A stretch of 63,535 bases of DNA, filler included, from Olpidium bornovanus S191 (taxonomy: Eukaryota; Fungi; Olpidiomycota), in the NCBI GenBank assembly GCA_017911155.1. It is 29 parts of 29 records of this genome, joined end to end, with 100 filler letters (N's around TTAATTAATTAA, not from the genome) between each part and the next. Parts side by side here need not be neighbours in the genome. Positions count along the whole stretch, not along the records: positions 1 to 1,278 come from JAEFCI010005891.1; positions 1,379 to 4,081 come from JAEFCI010007604.1; positions 4,182 to 6,441 come from JAEFCI010011603.1; positions 6,542 to 9,259 come from JAEFCI010011145.1; positions 9,360 to 11,095 come from JAEFCI010001095.1; positions 11,196 to 13,167 come from JAEFCI010008992.1; 23 more parts are not named here. One strand, given 5' to 3'. The notes beneath the pieces were generated by a model that did no database searches, was not told the DNA's origin, and saw nothing but the letters and a program-made list of their open reading frames with translations. The position numbers and the translations under genes are program-made. The number at the start of each line of letters is the position of its first letter. The first letter of the stretch is position 1. Below are positions 1-12,304 of this stretch, in pieces.

Positions 1-6
1 CTCTCT

Positions 7-39
<33 letters not shown>

Positions 40-187
40 CGGGGGGGCGGGGGAAACGGGCGGGCGTTCGGAAAAACGGGGGATTTCCGTCCTGAGATGC
101 TCTCTCTCCGCGTTCCCGGCACGCGTCCGCCCGAGCGCACGGAAATCGCCGCTGCCTTTCGCAAGAAGGCGAAACCGCACGGCGGCG

Positions 188-1278
188 ATGTTGAAGCTGA
201 AGCTCGATGATGCGCCGAAGGAGGTCCTGCAGGCCGCTTCGGCCGACGTGGCCTCTGCCTGGAGAAGCCTAAGGCTGTCGATGACCGACGGCGATACGCA
301 AACCGATCCGGTGGACTACGCGGACCTCGCGACGCAGACCGCGACCTCGTCGGACGCAGCGGTGCGTAACGCGGGCGTCGCAATCGGGTTTCATTGGCCC
401 TTTTTTAATCGCCTTTCCCGCGTTTTAATGAGTCAGACCCAAACAGTCTCGGAGCCGCAGAGGGCGTTCAAGCTGCTCGAAAAATACAACCGAGCGTCTT
501 TGACGAGGTTTCTCGCCGCGGTGGAGCCCGATATCTCTTCTCAGCTCATGCAGAACGTGCGGTCCGCGGCTTTCGAAGGTCAGCGCGATCCGACGGTCAT
601 ATCCGCGTCAAAAGCCGTTCCTAACGGTGGCGTGCGCCATACAGGCTATACGGTGCGCTGGACGGACGAGGTGGACTCGGTGACGCAGCGGTTTACGCTC
701 TCTCACCAGGACAGGGTCGACCCGGAAAGCGTTGGCTGCCAGGTCGCGTGGAACCGCACCGGCTCAGTCGTCGCTGTCGCCTACGGCAGAACGGATCACG
801 TGGATTGGTGCACGCACAAGGGTCAGCTGTGCGCGTGGAACACGGTGGTCAAAGAGTTCAACCCTAACACCGCCAGCGTCTCTATCGAAGTTCCGGTAAT
901 GCGGCGTTCGGCGACTTTCGGCCGGATCCATCTGCCCTTCCAGCGCTCATCGAACGTTTTGCATACGGCAGAACTGCCTGACGACGATTGCTTTCCATCC
1001 GGAACTACCGTCGATAATTGCGGGAGGTACATTCAACGGTAATCTCTCATGCATGAGCTTGCTTAACGCTGGCGTACGGTGGTTGAGAGCTGATGTTCTT
1101 TCAAACAATTTAGGTGTCCTGGTCCTATGGGACATCAACATCACGGAAGATCCCGTTCTCATGACTTCTCAGGCGGACGAGTGGTCACATTCCGAACCGG
1201 TGACAAAAATTCAGTGGGTGCCAACTGGAAGAAAAGGAATCCACGACGTTAGTCCTGAACACCACTTGTGCGGATAAA
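188..1278 (+). CDS. WDR34: WD40 cytoplasmic dynein-2 intermediate chain (WDR34/DYNC2I2-like), spliced, 3' truncated
   Basis: VAWNRTGSVVAVAYGRTDHVDWCTHKGQLCAWN, next exon CLTTIAFHPELPSIIAGGTFNG, then VLWDINITEDPVL...HSEPVTKIQWV. Matches WDR34 WNxTGSVVAxAYGRxDHxDW and AFHPxxPSxxAGG motifs as I recall them. Confidence 0.88.
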
Positions 1279-1378
1279 NNNNNNNNNNNNNNNNNNNNNN
1301 NNNNNNNNNNNNNNNNNNNNNNTTAATTAATTAANNNNNNNNNNNNNNNNNNNNNNNNNNNNNNNNNNNNNNNNNNNN
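1279..1378. other. Artificial contig spacer (first of 28)
   Basis: 44 N + TTAATTAATTAA (stops in all six frames) + 44 N. Identical spacers start at 1279, 4082, 6442, 9260, 11096, 13168, 15225, 17183, 18773, 22193, 23437, 24856, 26792, 28511, 32079, 33739, 36161, 38768, 42715, 44592, 46816, 47967, 52533, 53759, 55298, 56414, 57797, 59373. Confidence 0.99.
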
Positions 1379-1742
1379 ATTATCTGGTCAGGGGTTTTAC
1401 CGCGACCCGTATCCGCTGACCGGGAACATCAGCGACCCGGAACTCCACAACCGTCGTTTCCGCACGAGCCTTTTTGCCCCTTTCACCGCCAACTACATGT
1501 TCGAGATTTACCGGCGGTTACCGACTACGCCCGTTTCCGTTGGGCCGGACCATCTCATTCGGCTACTTGTCAACGAGTCGCCGGCAGTTATCCCGGGCAT
1601 ACCGCAAATACGGAAGGGCTATTACGCCGCGGACGCCGTGGTTGACTACCTTGCGCGGAACGGGGCGTGCCGCTTCGTTGAAGAATGCGAGACGCGCGAG
1701 AGCGCAGGTCTGCGTTTTCTTGACGTCTTTCATGTCCAGTAG
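1379..1742 (+). CDS. Hypothetical protein, C-terminal fragment
   Basis: Frame is open from the contig start: YLVRGFYRDPYPLTGNISDPELHNRRFRTSLFAPFTANYMFEIYRRLP...LRFLDVFHVQ*. Globular-protein-like composition; family not recognised. Confidence 0.5.
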
Positions 1743-2541
1743 CCGCGAACCGGCCCTCCCCCCGTCCCCGCCACTACACCGACTCCATTATTATTCTCTC
1801 GTTGAATTTATTTCACTGGAAAACATATCCTGCTGGTGCGCGATCGCCATCCGTTTACCATTTCTGACAATTTCTGAAAAAAAGTGGCTTTTTATATCGC
1901 ATAGTCTTATATTAGGCTTGTCAACTGGTTAATACTACACGTCTGCGAGCCTGGAAAAGGCTCTAATTCGGTTCTGAGTTTTACTAACAATTTTAGTGGC
2001 GGGAAATATCATCCTATGTACTTTTCTGAATACCGGGAAGTTATGATTATTTGGTGCCTGGATAAATCGCTTATGCCAGGGCTACCCTGGTACAGATCTT
2101 TCCAAAAAAAGCGCAACTGACAAACTGCTTGGAAAGGAGAAACTCCTGCAGTTTATTCTGAATCGTATTTGTTCTCCCCTTACACCCCCCGTCGCGAGGC
2201 ATGTGCCCCGCTTCTGCACCTCCGTTTTAGCTGTTGATATCATAGGTGGGAACCCCAGCTCACCCCTTGTGTCCCTCCGTTGTGGTCGCAAGTACTCACA
2301 GAAAGGTGATTTTCCCCCTTTCCCATGCAAAACTGTTTGTTGTATAACCCCCCCTCCCCCAGTAGAATAGGTAGGAAGCTTATGCACCGGAAAAGAAAAC
2401 GAAGAGCGATCACCCCCGAACGGAAAAAAAGAAATGCAAAATCCGGTTACACCAACTGCGAAAAAAAAGGGGGGAGGAACGGTGGGCCATCATTGACGGC
2501 CACCGAGAACCGTTTGGTTCGTTGATGCCAAACGTCGATTA

Positions 2542-3039
2542 ACGGTTCGCCGAGTCGCCGCAGGCGACGTAGGCGAACCTGATTGCCCGAGGGGAGACGG
2601 TTGAACTAGCTTGGTGTGCGTTCCCATTACACTGACACTGGCTGTATGCGTTTGCCATACAAAAAGAAAAGGGATTGTTGAACAGGTCAACAACGCCGCC
2701 CCACCGAGCTTCCCATCCACGAGCCAGCGAAAACTGCACACAACGGCGGAGATGTCGAACCATGGCCATGCGGACCACTGCATTCGACAGGTGAGGTGTC
2801 GAACATCGATCTGCCATGGTTGATGAGGAGCTGCAAACAAGATCGGTAGAGGAATCTCGCCCGCGCGCTTCGTAAGCTACCAAAACCGAACACCCGCAGA
2901 TGATCACAAAGGGATTGGACCGTAGTGCTATCACGTTCAGGATGTTGAACGGGTGGGTGGGGGGCACCAAGTTAGTTCAGCCGTCTTCCTTCGGGTAATC
3001 AGGTTCACCTACGTTGCCTGCGGCGACTCAGTGAACCGT
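2542..3039. repeat. 75-bp imperfect inverted repeat (arms 2542-2616 and 2965-3039) enclosing about 350 bp
   Basis: Left arm ACGGTTCGCCGAGTCGCCGCAGG...GAACTAGCTTGGTG is the reverse complement of right arm CACCAAGTTAGTTC...GGCGACTCAGTGAACCGT. The mismatches I saw are all transitions. Confidence 0.9.
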
Positions 3040-3074
3040 CATTACCCTACGGAGAGTGACAGTCTCACTAGCTT

Positions 3075-3800
3075 CTAGGCAGAAACACTGGAACTAGCTT
3101 GCTCCGGCGTGGACATAGCACAGCGGGCGGAAGAGGAATTGGTAGATGATGTAACCCATATTGGCCGAACTCGGACAATGCTGCCACAGAGGTCGTAATG
3201 GCAGAGCATGGTTTGTGGGGAGTCCCAGCGATCGCGCAAAATGCATTCCACGGGAACACCGTCAGCAAGTTGGGCCGTCGTTTGACTTGTGATCAACATG
3301 TACCGATTGATTGGGACGGGATAGCCAATAGACGACAAGTCATCGCGAACCCAAGGACGCACAGTTGCTGGCGCGAGTGGCACTGCCCTGAGACACTGGG
3401 ATATTACCGTGACCGTTTTGGGTGCACCAGTGATGTAGGCCTGGTAAACGGCAACAACATCAGCTTTGGAATCATGGGAGAGGCGCTCAACCACGAGCGC
3501 ACGTGTCTTCCGATTGGACTTCCCCGATTCTATGAGGAGTATGACTGTTGTGCGAAGGGCACCATCAGTCCAAAACAGGTCAGTACGCACCGCCTGAGTA
3601 AGGCATGACGGGCGACGCTTTGAACCGAGCATCAACAGCACGCAAAGCTTGCCGTCAAGGGATTTGAGCGACAAGTCCGAATTTGATGGGCCAAGAATTA
3701 TGCCGGTGATCACATCCTCTTTGAGGACAACGGAGATAATTTCCGAATTGGACGAGCCATTGTCGGCACACTCGGGTTGAAGTTCTTCCCGCGTGGCTTT
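3075..3800 (-). CDS. Intronless hypothetical ORF abutting the inverted-repeat element
   Basis: Part of the 329-aa ORF 3075..4064; about 240 aa of ordinary composition. The stop lies 36 nt from the right IR arm. No family recognised. Confidence 0.35.
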   Translation of the reverse strand, partial: KATREELQPECADNGSSNSEIISVVLKEDVITGIILGPSNSDLSLKSLDGKLCVLLMLGSKRRPSCLTQAVRTDLFWTDGALRTTVILLIESGKSNRKTRALVVERLSHDSKADVVAVYQAYITGAPKTVTVISQCLRAVPLAPATVRPWVRDDLSSIGYPVPINRYMLITSQTTAQLADGVPVECILRDRWDSPQTMLCHYDLCGSIVRVRPIWVTSSTNSSSARCAMSTPEQASSSVSA

Positions 3801-4308
3801 TTCTCGAAGCGCTTTTGTGCTGTAGCACGGCCCTCGAACCGCCCGCCGTCCGACGCCACGGAAGGCGGGCGGCGGGCGAAGGACGGCTGGCGCAGGGCAA
3901 AGGGCGCAGGGCAAAGGGCGAGAGGCGGTCGAAGGGCGGAGGCGGCGGCGGGATCGAGGGCAGGACGGCCCCCAAACCCGGGGGCCGACCAATAGAATAA
4001 TCCCCCTCGAAGCCCGCCAATCGAAGAGCTTTCCCCCTTGCCCCTTTCCCCCCCCCAGCGCCACACGCGGGAACCCCCGCCNNNNNNNNNNNNNNNNNNN
4101 NNNNNNNNNNNNNNNNNNNNNNNNNTTAATTAATTAANNNNNNNNNNNNNNNNNNNNNNNNNNNNNNNNNNNNNNNNNNNNAAAAAAAAAAAAAACATTC
4201 GACCCTCCCTATCCCCCCTGCCCCCGAACCGCACTCGGTCTGAACGAGGAAGACGGACGGACCCAGGAGGCGGAACAACAAAAGGAAACAAGACGACAGC
4301 GGATAACA

Positions 4309-6420
4309 ATGGTAAACGCGACCGTAAACAGTGAGGAGAGCGACGTCAAGCCGCGTTTCCACCTGCAGACAATCGTCGACAACGTTGCTGGGGGTTGGGG
4401 TCCCAACCAAGACCTGCTGCCACCAGAGTTCAGGGATGTGCCGTACGCTCCTTTCTCCAAGGGCGACAAGCTTGGCCGCATCGCCGATTGGGTCAACCCG
4501 GACCCTGCCACAATGAACTTCGCAGGCCAGGCCGGCTACGCCGGAAATTTTGGTCGCGAGCGGGAAGGGGGCCGCCGGTACGGCAGAAATTACAAAGGTA
4601 CCGGGGGAAGGTGTGTGGACCCTTGTCGGGATACACCCCCGACAAAACGGCACGTTGATTTGGGAGAGCGCATTTCTCATTTTTGTTGTCCGCTTTTGGT
4701 CACGCTCGCCCTGCCTTAAAACTGCGCAGACTCCTACCAGGCCTACGGATCCGCCTTTGCATCGACTTTCGCATACAACCACGCTGAAGACGAGGCCTCC
4801 TTTAGTGTCGTTGATACCCGCTCCACAGTCGTCAAAAGGGGCGTTTTTGGTCGTACTGCGGGCAGGGGCCGCGGCCGCGGCGGATTCCGTGGCGGTTTCC
4901 GCGGCGGCGTCCAGCGTCTCGGCGGCGGATGGGGAGGCCGCGGCGGCTTCTCGTTCCGCGACGGCAGGAGAAGGTTCGGCTGGAAGGACTACGACAAGGT
5001 GGGGTACACTGCTCCTTTGCCTGCTGCTTTCAGCGCCCATGGCCAACACCACCGCGTATGCATCTAACCAGTTTTTTTTTCAAATAGCCGCAACGCGTTC
5101 GCGACGCCTCCATTGCTGTGGGTGCGGATTGGATTGTGCTTGAAGAAATGGACTTTGCACGACTTTCCAAGCTGTCATATGAGGAGCCGGACGTTGAGGA
5201 CCTGTAAGTATATGGAGCGTGGTTCAAAACGTGCACTACGCGATCCGGGGTTTAGTCAGGTTTCAAGCCATATCGCCGATGTGCGCCCGTTTGGCGTGTT
5301 TCCCGCAGGGACTGGCACGGCCAAATCCACTACTACGACAAGTTGTACGACCGGGTTACTGTTAAGGCCGAGAAGCCTTTGTTGCTGGCGGGCAACACCA
5401 GCGCGGGTGTGCGTGAACGGTTCAACGCCACGACGAGTGACGACCCGGTGATCCAGTATATGGCTGGCGAGGGGGACCGGGGCACCGTGTTTGCCACGGA
5501 CTCCATCCTTGCTTGCCTTATGACGACCACCCGTTCGGTTTATCCCTGGGACATCGTGGTCACCCGAACGGGAAACAAACTCTTTTTTGACAAGCGGGAC
5601 GGAAGCAATATCGACTACCTTACCGTTAACGAAAACGCGGTTGAACCGCCAGCCGAGGCAGACGACAAGGACAATATCAACTCCGCCACTGCGCTGTCCA
5701 TTGAAGCCACCTTAGTCAACGAGAAGTTCCTAGCACAGGCCGTCAAGGAGGTTGGTGAATTGGCATTTTGAGCAGAGATTTTTGCGCAGCACGTGGCTTC
5801 CATAGATGTCTAGTTATTCCAGCTGACTGCTTATGTTGACCCTACTCTTGTTTCCTTCCAGGACGATTTTGTCGAACTCTCTTCCAAGCCTTATATGTGG
5901 GGTAACGCCGCTGACATCTTGCCATGCGGCTACCGCTACCGCTCTTGGTATCTCGGCGACGAGTCGTGTGTTCTAGTCGCGCGAACGGAGCTCAGCTCGG
6001 CGCTCAAGCCGGCATCTGCGTCCTCGCCAGAGGTGCGGTTTGTGCTCAAGGCGCTCAACGAATATGATCACAAGGCCGCTGGGGCGGGCGGGGCGCTGAG
6101 CTGGCGACAGAAGCTGGACACGCAGCGCGGGGCAGTTTTGGCGACGGAGATGAAAAACAACGCCAACAAACTTGCCCGGTGGGCATGCGAAGCAGCGCTT
6201 GCGGGGGCCGACCACATCCGCGTCGGTTTCATGTCGCGTCTTAACGCGCGCGATAATTCACGTCACTCGGTGATCGGATCTCAGAGCTATCGTCCGGCGG
6301 AACTGGCCACTCAGCTCAACTTCTCGTTCTCGTCGGGCTGGGGCATCGTCAAGACCATAACTGACGTCTGCTTCAAGCAGCCCGAGGGAAAGTACATTCT
6401 TGTTAAGGATCCCAACAAGG
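4309..6420 (+). CDS. eIF3d: Translation initiation factor eIF3 subunit D, spliced, 3' truncated
   Basis: GWGP...[19 protein letters not shown]; [23 protein letters not shown]; NAVEPP; [27 protein letters not shown]; [12 protein letters not shown]. Confidence 0.97.
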
Positions 6421-7004
6421 TAAGCCCACAGCCGTTGCATGNNNNNNNNNNNNNNNNNNNNNNNNNNNNNNNNNNNNNNNNNNNNTTAATTAATTAANNN
6501 NNNNNNNNNNNNNNNNNNNNNNNNNNNNNNNNNNNNNNNNNACTGGGCACCTTGCGGTTGACAGTTGCGGCACGCTGCAAGAGATCGCGCTGCTAATCGC
6601 CGTATCATTGAACTGAGGGCGGCTATTGAGATCCGTAGACGACATTTGCTGTACTTGCATGCGTCCAATGTTCCCCTCTACACAACGAGAAAAAGCACGT
6701 ACCGCACAGGAAAGGGCACGGGCGACGGCTCGCTCGCGCGAGCAAGCGTTTGCGTAAGAAGAATTTCTAAACCTTCGCCGCAGCCGTTGTTCAGTCGGAG
6801 GTAAAACGGGGGCCGGTTCTTATCAGAGACGGCTGACCAGGAGGGCCGCAAGCTCGTTCTTGGGTCGCCTGAAGCGGAAGGTTTTTCCCTCACTGGTAGG
6901 CGTGGTTTGTCCGCCCGCCAGCAATTTGTATGCGGGGCCGGAAAAACATTTTCCCTCTCTTCCCTGAAACCAAAATGTAATGCTGTTGAGGAGGGATGGA
7001 AGTC

Positions 7005-7380
7005 TGAGCTAGCTTGGTGCCCCCCGCTCACCCGTGCATCATTCTGAACGTACTAGCACCGCAGCTCGATCACATCTATCGCGTCTTTAGGTGTGTTGGC
7101 TTCCTGGTTGGTTATGCCACGTAGTGAGATTCGTTAACCAGTCTTATTCGGAAATTCCTGTGCGCTATGGCGCATCGTGATTTGACACCTCGCCTGTTGA
7201 ATGTGCCGGTGGGCTTGTCCAAAGCACATCTCTTTGTCATTCGAGGTTTACGCTAGCTCGTGGATGGGAAGCTCGCTGGGGTGGAGTTGCCAGCCAGTCT
7301 GGTAACACCTGCCAACTTCCAGTGTTGGTGTGGTGGGAACGCACAACAAGCCAGGTCAACCGTCGACGGATCGGCGAACT
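7005..7380 (+). repeat. Second diverged copy of the dispersed element at 2590-2975 (opposite orientation)
   Basis: Colinear matches: GCTAGCTTGGTGCCCCCC...CTGAACGT (7008-7051), an identical 20-mer GCTCGTGGATGGGAAGCTCG (about 7256-7275), and TGGGAACGCACAxCAAGCxAGxTCAACCGTC (about 7332-7363). Confidence 0.8.
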
Positions 7381-7976
7381 GGCATTCTGGAGTTGAGACG
7401 AGACTACTTGTTCTGACGGGTATTTTCGAACACCAGCCCCAGAGGTCCCAATTGCACTTTTCCTGAAACCGAGCTGAAATCCCCTCGTCCGGGCGTCTCC
7501 CCCACCCCAACAAGATTCGCCGCCGCAATTGGTCCTCTCCGCATTTCTTTTGGACGTCAATGTCCGTCGACCGCCATTCATGAACACAAACAAACGTTTC
7601 TCCCGTCACACTTTAATGTTGAACCACTCCGTCTTCCAACTTCCCCCGCCCACTCCCTCCCGGAACATCCCCTCCGTTATATATCCCGACCCCCTGGGTC
7701 TTATTTCGCAGTGGGGTACCTCCGCTGAATAATCGGGATATCTTTTCGAACGAAGAAAATGCGGCCTCGTCGCAAGTTCGGCGGGGCTGAAAGAAAAAAT
7801 AAAAAACAAAAAGCGAGCAAACAGCAGAACTTCGGCTTAGCGGATAATCTGAAACAAGCTTCCTTTTTGCCCCCGGGAATAGACGAAAGAGCCGAATCCC
7901 GCAACGCGCTCGCCCCGGTCCCTCCACACCGCCCGTCTTCGAACTCACCTCCTCACCAAGCAAATTTCCAGGGGGA

Positions 7977-8932
7977 TCACCCGAAATTCTTGAGCTTGTT
8001 GTACTTATAATTGCGCGGATCGTTGCGGTACCTTGGGTCTGGTGGTAGTAGGTGTGATTGCGATGCACGCGACGGAGAAACGGCGAAGTTTTAGGAAACG
8101 GCACGCAAACGTGGGTTATGCTTGATAAGTGCAAGGTGGGGCAAAGATCGAACCGCAGCGGATCCGTTTTTGCCAGCGGGACAGGCCGCCGGGGGCGGGT
8201 TGTCCCCGTTCCTATCCCCTTCGGATAGGCCCCAGCCCGGAAAACCGCAGCGGACGTTTCAAATCCGTCCAAAAAGGGTTGCCACGCACACCCCCCGCGC
8301 CCGAGCGTCCGCCGCCGGCAAAAAACTCAAAGGCCGAAAGCCCCCGCCGCGCGCGCAAACAAGAAAAAGTAACACGGGGGCGGCATCCTCTTTTTCGCTG
8401 TCCGCCCCTCCCCCCCTCCGCCCCATTTGCTTTTGGTGGAGCCGGCCTTCTGCACGAGTGGCCCGGCCCCGGAGAATGAGGCATAAAAAACTTTTCAAAA
8501 AAGAACGCTCCCGCGCAACGAGGAACCCCGACGGGCCGGCCCATCTTTCAAAGCGGCTGAAGGAGCGGGGAAGGGAGACGCGTTTTTCTCTTCCGCACGC
8601 TCCCGTGTTCGCCGACCCCGCTTTCTCCCCTTTCTCCCCAAGTCCCTTGTCCATGAAGTAGGGGGGTGCGCGCGGAGGGAGGGCTATAACCACAGCTACT
8701 CACCGTCGAGCATGTGGTCGGTGATCCTGTAAAACATATAGAAGGTGATGCCAGCGGCGATGATGTAGGGGAAGGTGATTCTCAGCAAGGGGAGGCGCGG
8801 CCTAAATATCTGGTTGCCGACTGGATGCACTCCTGTCAGGGTCCGCCGCAGGCCCTGGAGCGAACACCTAAACCGGACGGCGAAAGGGAGCCGGCCTTGC
8901 GGGTCCCTGAAAATCGGCGTGTTGTCCATCAT
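7977..8932 (-). CDS. ATP18: Mitochondrial ATP synthase subunit j (Atp18-like), spliced; start uncertain
   Basis: Exon RLPLLRITFPYIIAAGITFYMFYRITDHMLD spliced (GT at about 8702, AG at 8039) to DPRYRNDPRNYKYNKLKNFG*. One TM helix plus NDPRN is the subunit j signature. Confidence 0.8.
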
Positions 8933-10605
8933 GTCTGTCTGTTCTGTCTGTCCTGTGTGTCCTGTCTGTCTGTGTGAGGGGTGGGGAGCGGGGAGGCGGG
9001 GCGGTGGTGGCGGGGGCCGTTCGGGGCGGGGGAGGTTTTTGATATTTTGTTTATAAATACTTTCTTTTTTATTCGGCAGCGAAACTTGCGGCAAATTCGG
9101 TCATGCAGTCTGTAGGCAAATTCTGCCGCAAATGTTGCCATGAAGCTGCGGATCCTGTCACGAATTCTGCGGCTTCTGAATCTGCCTTTCGAATCCCCAT
9201 TCCAAATTTGCCTTCCAAAATGACCTTGCCTGGGATTTTGACGGGGATGATGTCGACAGNNNNNNNNNNNNNNNNNNNNNNNNNNNNNNNNNNNNNNNNN
9301 NNNTTAATTAATTAANNNNNNNNNNNNNNNNNNNNNNNNNNNNNNNNNNNNNNNNNNNNCACAGTAGCCGAGGATGTCAAGGCCCCGGAGGTAATGGAGT
9401 GCCGCGTGGACGCTATTCTGTATTTCCTGCGGCTCCGCCATCTTTGGAGGGGAAGGGGGGGGTCGGAAACGATTGGCATGAGCGCGCCGACCGACTCGCC
9501 GAGGGGATCTTTAGGCAGAGCGCGGCCGGGTTTTCCCGACGGACGCGGAACCGCGGCGGCACGCGCGCGGCGTCACGTTGCAAGCGTACGCCAGCTTCCG
9601 GTCGCCCGCGCCGCGCAGGTCGGGCGCGGTAACAGCGCAGGCCGGCCCGCCTCCTCGACAACGCCGCAAAGGTGGAGGAGACCTCGAGCACCACTACCCG
9701 GCGCCGACTCCCACTTCCGCTTCGCGGCAGCACGCCAGCCCGAAAGACGCGTCGTTTGAACCCACGAACCGGCATGGAAGCTTTCGCGCAGCCGCTTTCT
9801 CCTGGGCGGCGCTTCGTCGTACGTTTGCCTTCCGCGGACACCGCGACGCCCGTCTATTCTCTAACCACAGCCCCTCTTCTTTGCTTCTGCCGTTCTTTCT
9901 CCACGCGCCACCCCACGGGCGAAACGGTTGTCCTTTTCCGACCTTTCGCCACCCCATCCTTACCTCCTCACCTTTCCCACCCTCCCAGGTAAGAAAACGT
10001 CTGTTTGCGAGACCACAGCTGCAGAGAACTGCTTCCGAGAACGCAGCAGACGCAGTGCAGCAGCAAGGGCCGTGGCCTTGCACCAAGCGCGGTCCATCCA
10101 GGCTCTTGTCGTAGCGCACGGCCGCACTCTCCTCGCCGGTGGCGCAAAGGCTGAAGAAACGCGGCGCGCCTTCTCTGCCTTCTCCTCTCGTCGATCTCCG
10201 CGACGCGCCAAGTCGAACGCCGCAACCGTTTGATCACACCGATATGGTCCTCTTTGTGGCGCGTTAAGCCGCGCACGGCGTGGCCGAAGACGTCGACGAG
10301 CACCGATAGCGGGTGAAAGCTTACCGATTGCTATTCATCGTGTGGTGCAAACTCCTCCAACCGCGAGTTCCCCGCTTAGATCGCTTTCTTTTCTGAAATA
10401 AAAAAACGGAGAAGAAGGAAAGCCTAATCTGTTTTGATTGTATTTAACACGTTTGTTACCCTGATAACGTGCGGCTCACGCACTTTGGGGCATCCTGGGC
10501 AGCTAGTCTCACATTTCGTTGTGACGGCTTTCAAGTTTTAATCCTCGATGTGGGTTTCAAACAATGATTAGCTAATTGATTGCAATTAATCATCGCCCAT
10601 CAGAA

Positions 10606-10676
10606 GCACATGTGGTTTAGTGGTATAATTCTCGCCTGCCACGCGGGAGCCCCGAGTTCGATTCTCGGCATGTGCA
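10606..10676 (+). tRNA. tRNA-Gly(GCC)
   Basis: GCACATG/CATGTGC acceptor, TGGTTTAGTGGTATA D arm, CTCGC-CTGCCAC-GCGGG anticodon arm, CCGAG-TTCGATT-CTCGG T arm, discriminator A. Confidence 0.97.
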
Positions 10677-11541
10677 ATCAATATTTTCATATTTATTGGC
10701 CGCTTAGGTTGTTAAGGTAGTGCAGCAGCCCTTTATTGCGCGGGATAACAATTTTACTTTTCGTGATATCACTTGACCAATTTCCCAGAACCGTGATCTG
10801 TTGAACTTTTGACTGTGGCATTTCCAAAAAATGCACCTGCCGACTGCTCACTGCTGGCAAAACCGCAACATCTCTAATTTTGGGTGCGGCAGGGGTGACG
10901 AAAGGCTGCAAGTCGAACACCACGCGCCTCATTCACTCATTGTTGGGCACTCGGCAGATTCGCGCCCTCAGGCATTTTGGTGGAAAAAATGGACGGAATG
11001 TCGCTGAAGAAAGAGATTACAATTTTCCTGAGCAATGTGGCACAAAACATCAGGTTCATTTCACACTTTCTTCGATGCCGCAAGGCTGCCCATGGNNNNN
11101 NNNNNNNNNNNNNNNNNNNNNNNNNNNNNNNNNNNNNNNTTAATTAATTAANNNNNNNNNNNNNNNNNNNNNNNNNNNNNNNNNNNNNNNNNNNNCATGC
11201 TGGCCTGGCGAGGATAGCCGTTCCCCTTCAGCGATCCAGCCGTCCGCCCGCGCTTCCCGAACCCATCAGAACCTTAGACCAACATCGCCAACATAGCCCG
11301 ACAAAAAACGTCAAAAGCCAATGTCGGCGACATCATTGATGAAATCCAAACCATAGATTTGCATAAATCAATGAAACTGTGTGTGCGTTCTCCAAGAGAC
11401 AAGTCCAGGCAGTCCCTGCTGGTATCATCCCGCGTAACCAAAACCGAACCCCGCTCAGAGCTCAACAGCCACACAGCAGATGATATATTACCTGCATGCA
11501 ACGAAGGGGGCGCCAGTGTACCGACCAGTTTCCGCTGCACT

Positions 11542-12304
11542 TTAACGGTAACGACGCAGCGAAATGGTGTTCCGCCTGAGCCAGTTGTTGCGGCGGCCGG
11601 AGCCCTTGGTCTTGTTGAACCTGTGGCCCTTGGCAATGCCACGGTTTTTCTTTCCAATGGAGGTGAGGCCCCGGCACTCGCGATGCTTGTGGCCAACAAT
11701 CCAGTTGATCCGGGGGTCACGGCGGATGGCCTTATGGTTGGGATCGACAAGTATGACCTCATAGTACTTGTATGTGGCGTCCTGGAAGCGGTAGAGAAGG
11801 CCGGGGTGTAAACCGACGGAAGTGCGGCAGACCAACCCCAAATTTTTCTTTTCCGAAACACCCAACCCGAAATTGCAGAGGTGTGTATGTAAAGGGTGGT
11901 GGTATCCGTGCGCCCAACGACGACACCGTACACACCTGGTTGACCCAATACGAATTAAGTACACGCAGGTTGCCGCAGTACCGGCCAACGCGCTCCTCGG
12001 CGGTGGCGCGCAGGGAGCGCTGGTATTTGAGCTGGTTAATACCCTGATGCTTAGGCTTCCCGTAAACCTGGCCCTTGGGGTTAGGGCGCTTGCGGCCGCC
12101 GCGGCGGACGCGGATGCGGTAGATAACGTAGCCCTGCTTGGCCTTGTAACCGAGGCGCCGGGCCTTGTCGGGGCGGGAGGGCCGCGACGCGCGGTGGATG
12201 ACGTTGAGCTGGCGGTACTCCCAGCAGCGCACGCGGAGCAGGAACCGCACGACGTCAGACTGCTTTTTGCGGGAGAGCTCCGTCATGTACTTGTAGGCGC
12301 CCAT
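11542..12304 (-). CDS. RPL15: 60S ribosomal protein L15; one intron (11782-11935)
   Basis: [32 protein letters not shown]...NSYWVNQ|[14 protein letters not shown]...NTISLRRYR*. Complete. Confidence 0.99.

Noticed and set aside
4126-5143. Long ORFs antisense to or out of frame with real genes (also 11274-11948, 59750-60685)
   Set aside because: Shadow ORFs caused by high GC and low complexity.
7240-7470. GGGAAGCTC...AGACTAC resemblance to RNase P RNA
   Set aside because: Explained by the dispersed repeat shared with 2590-2975.
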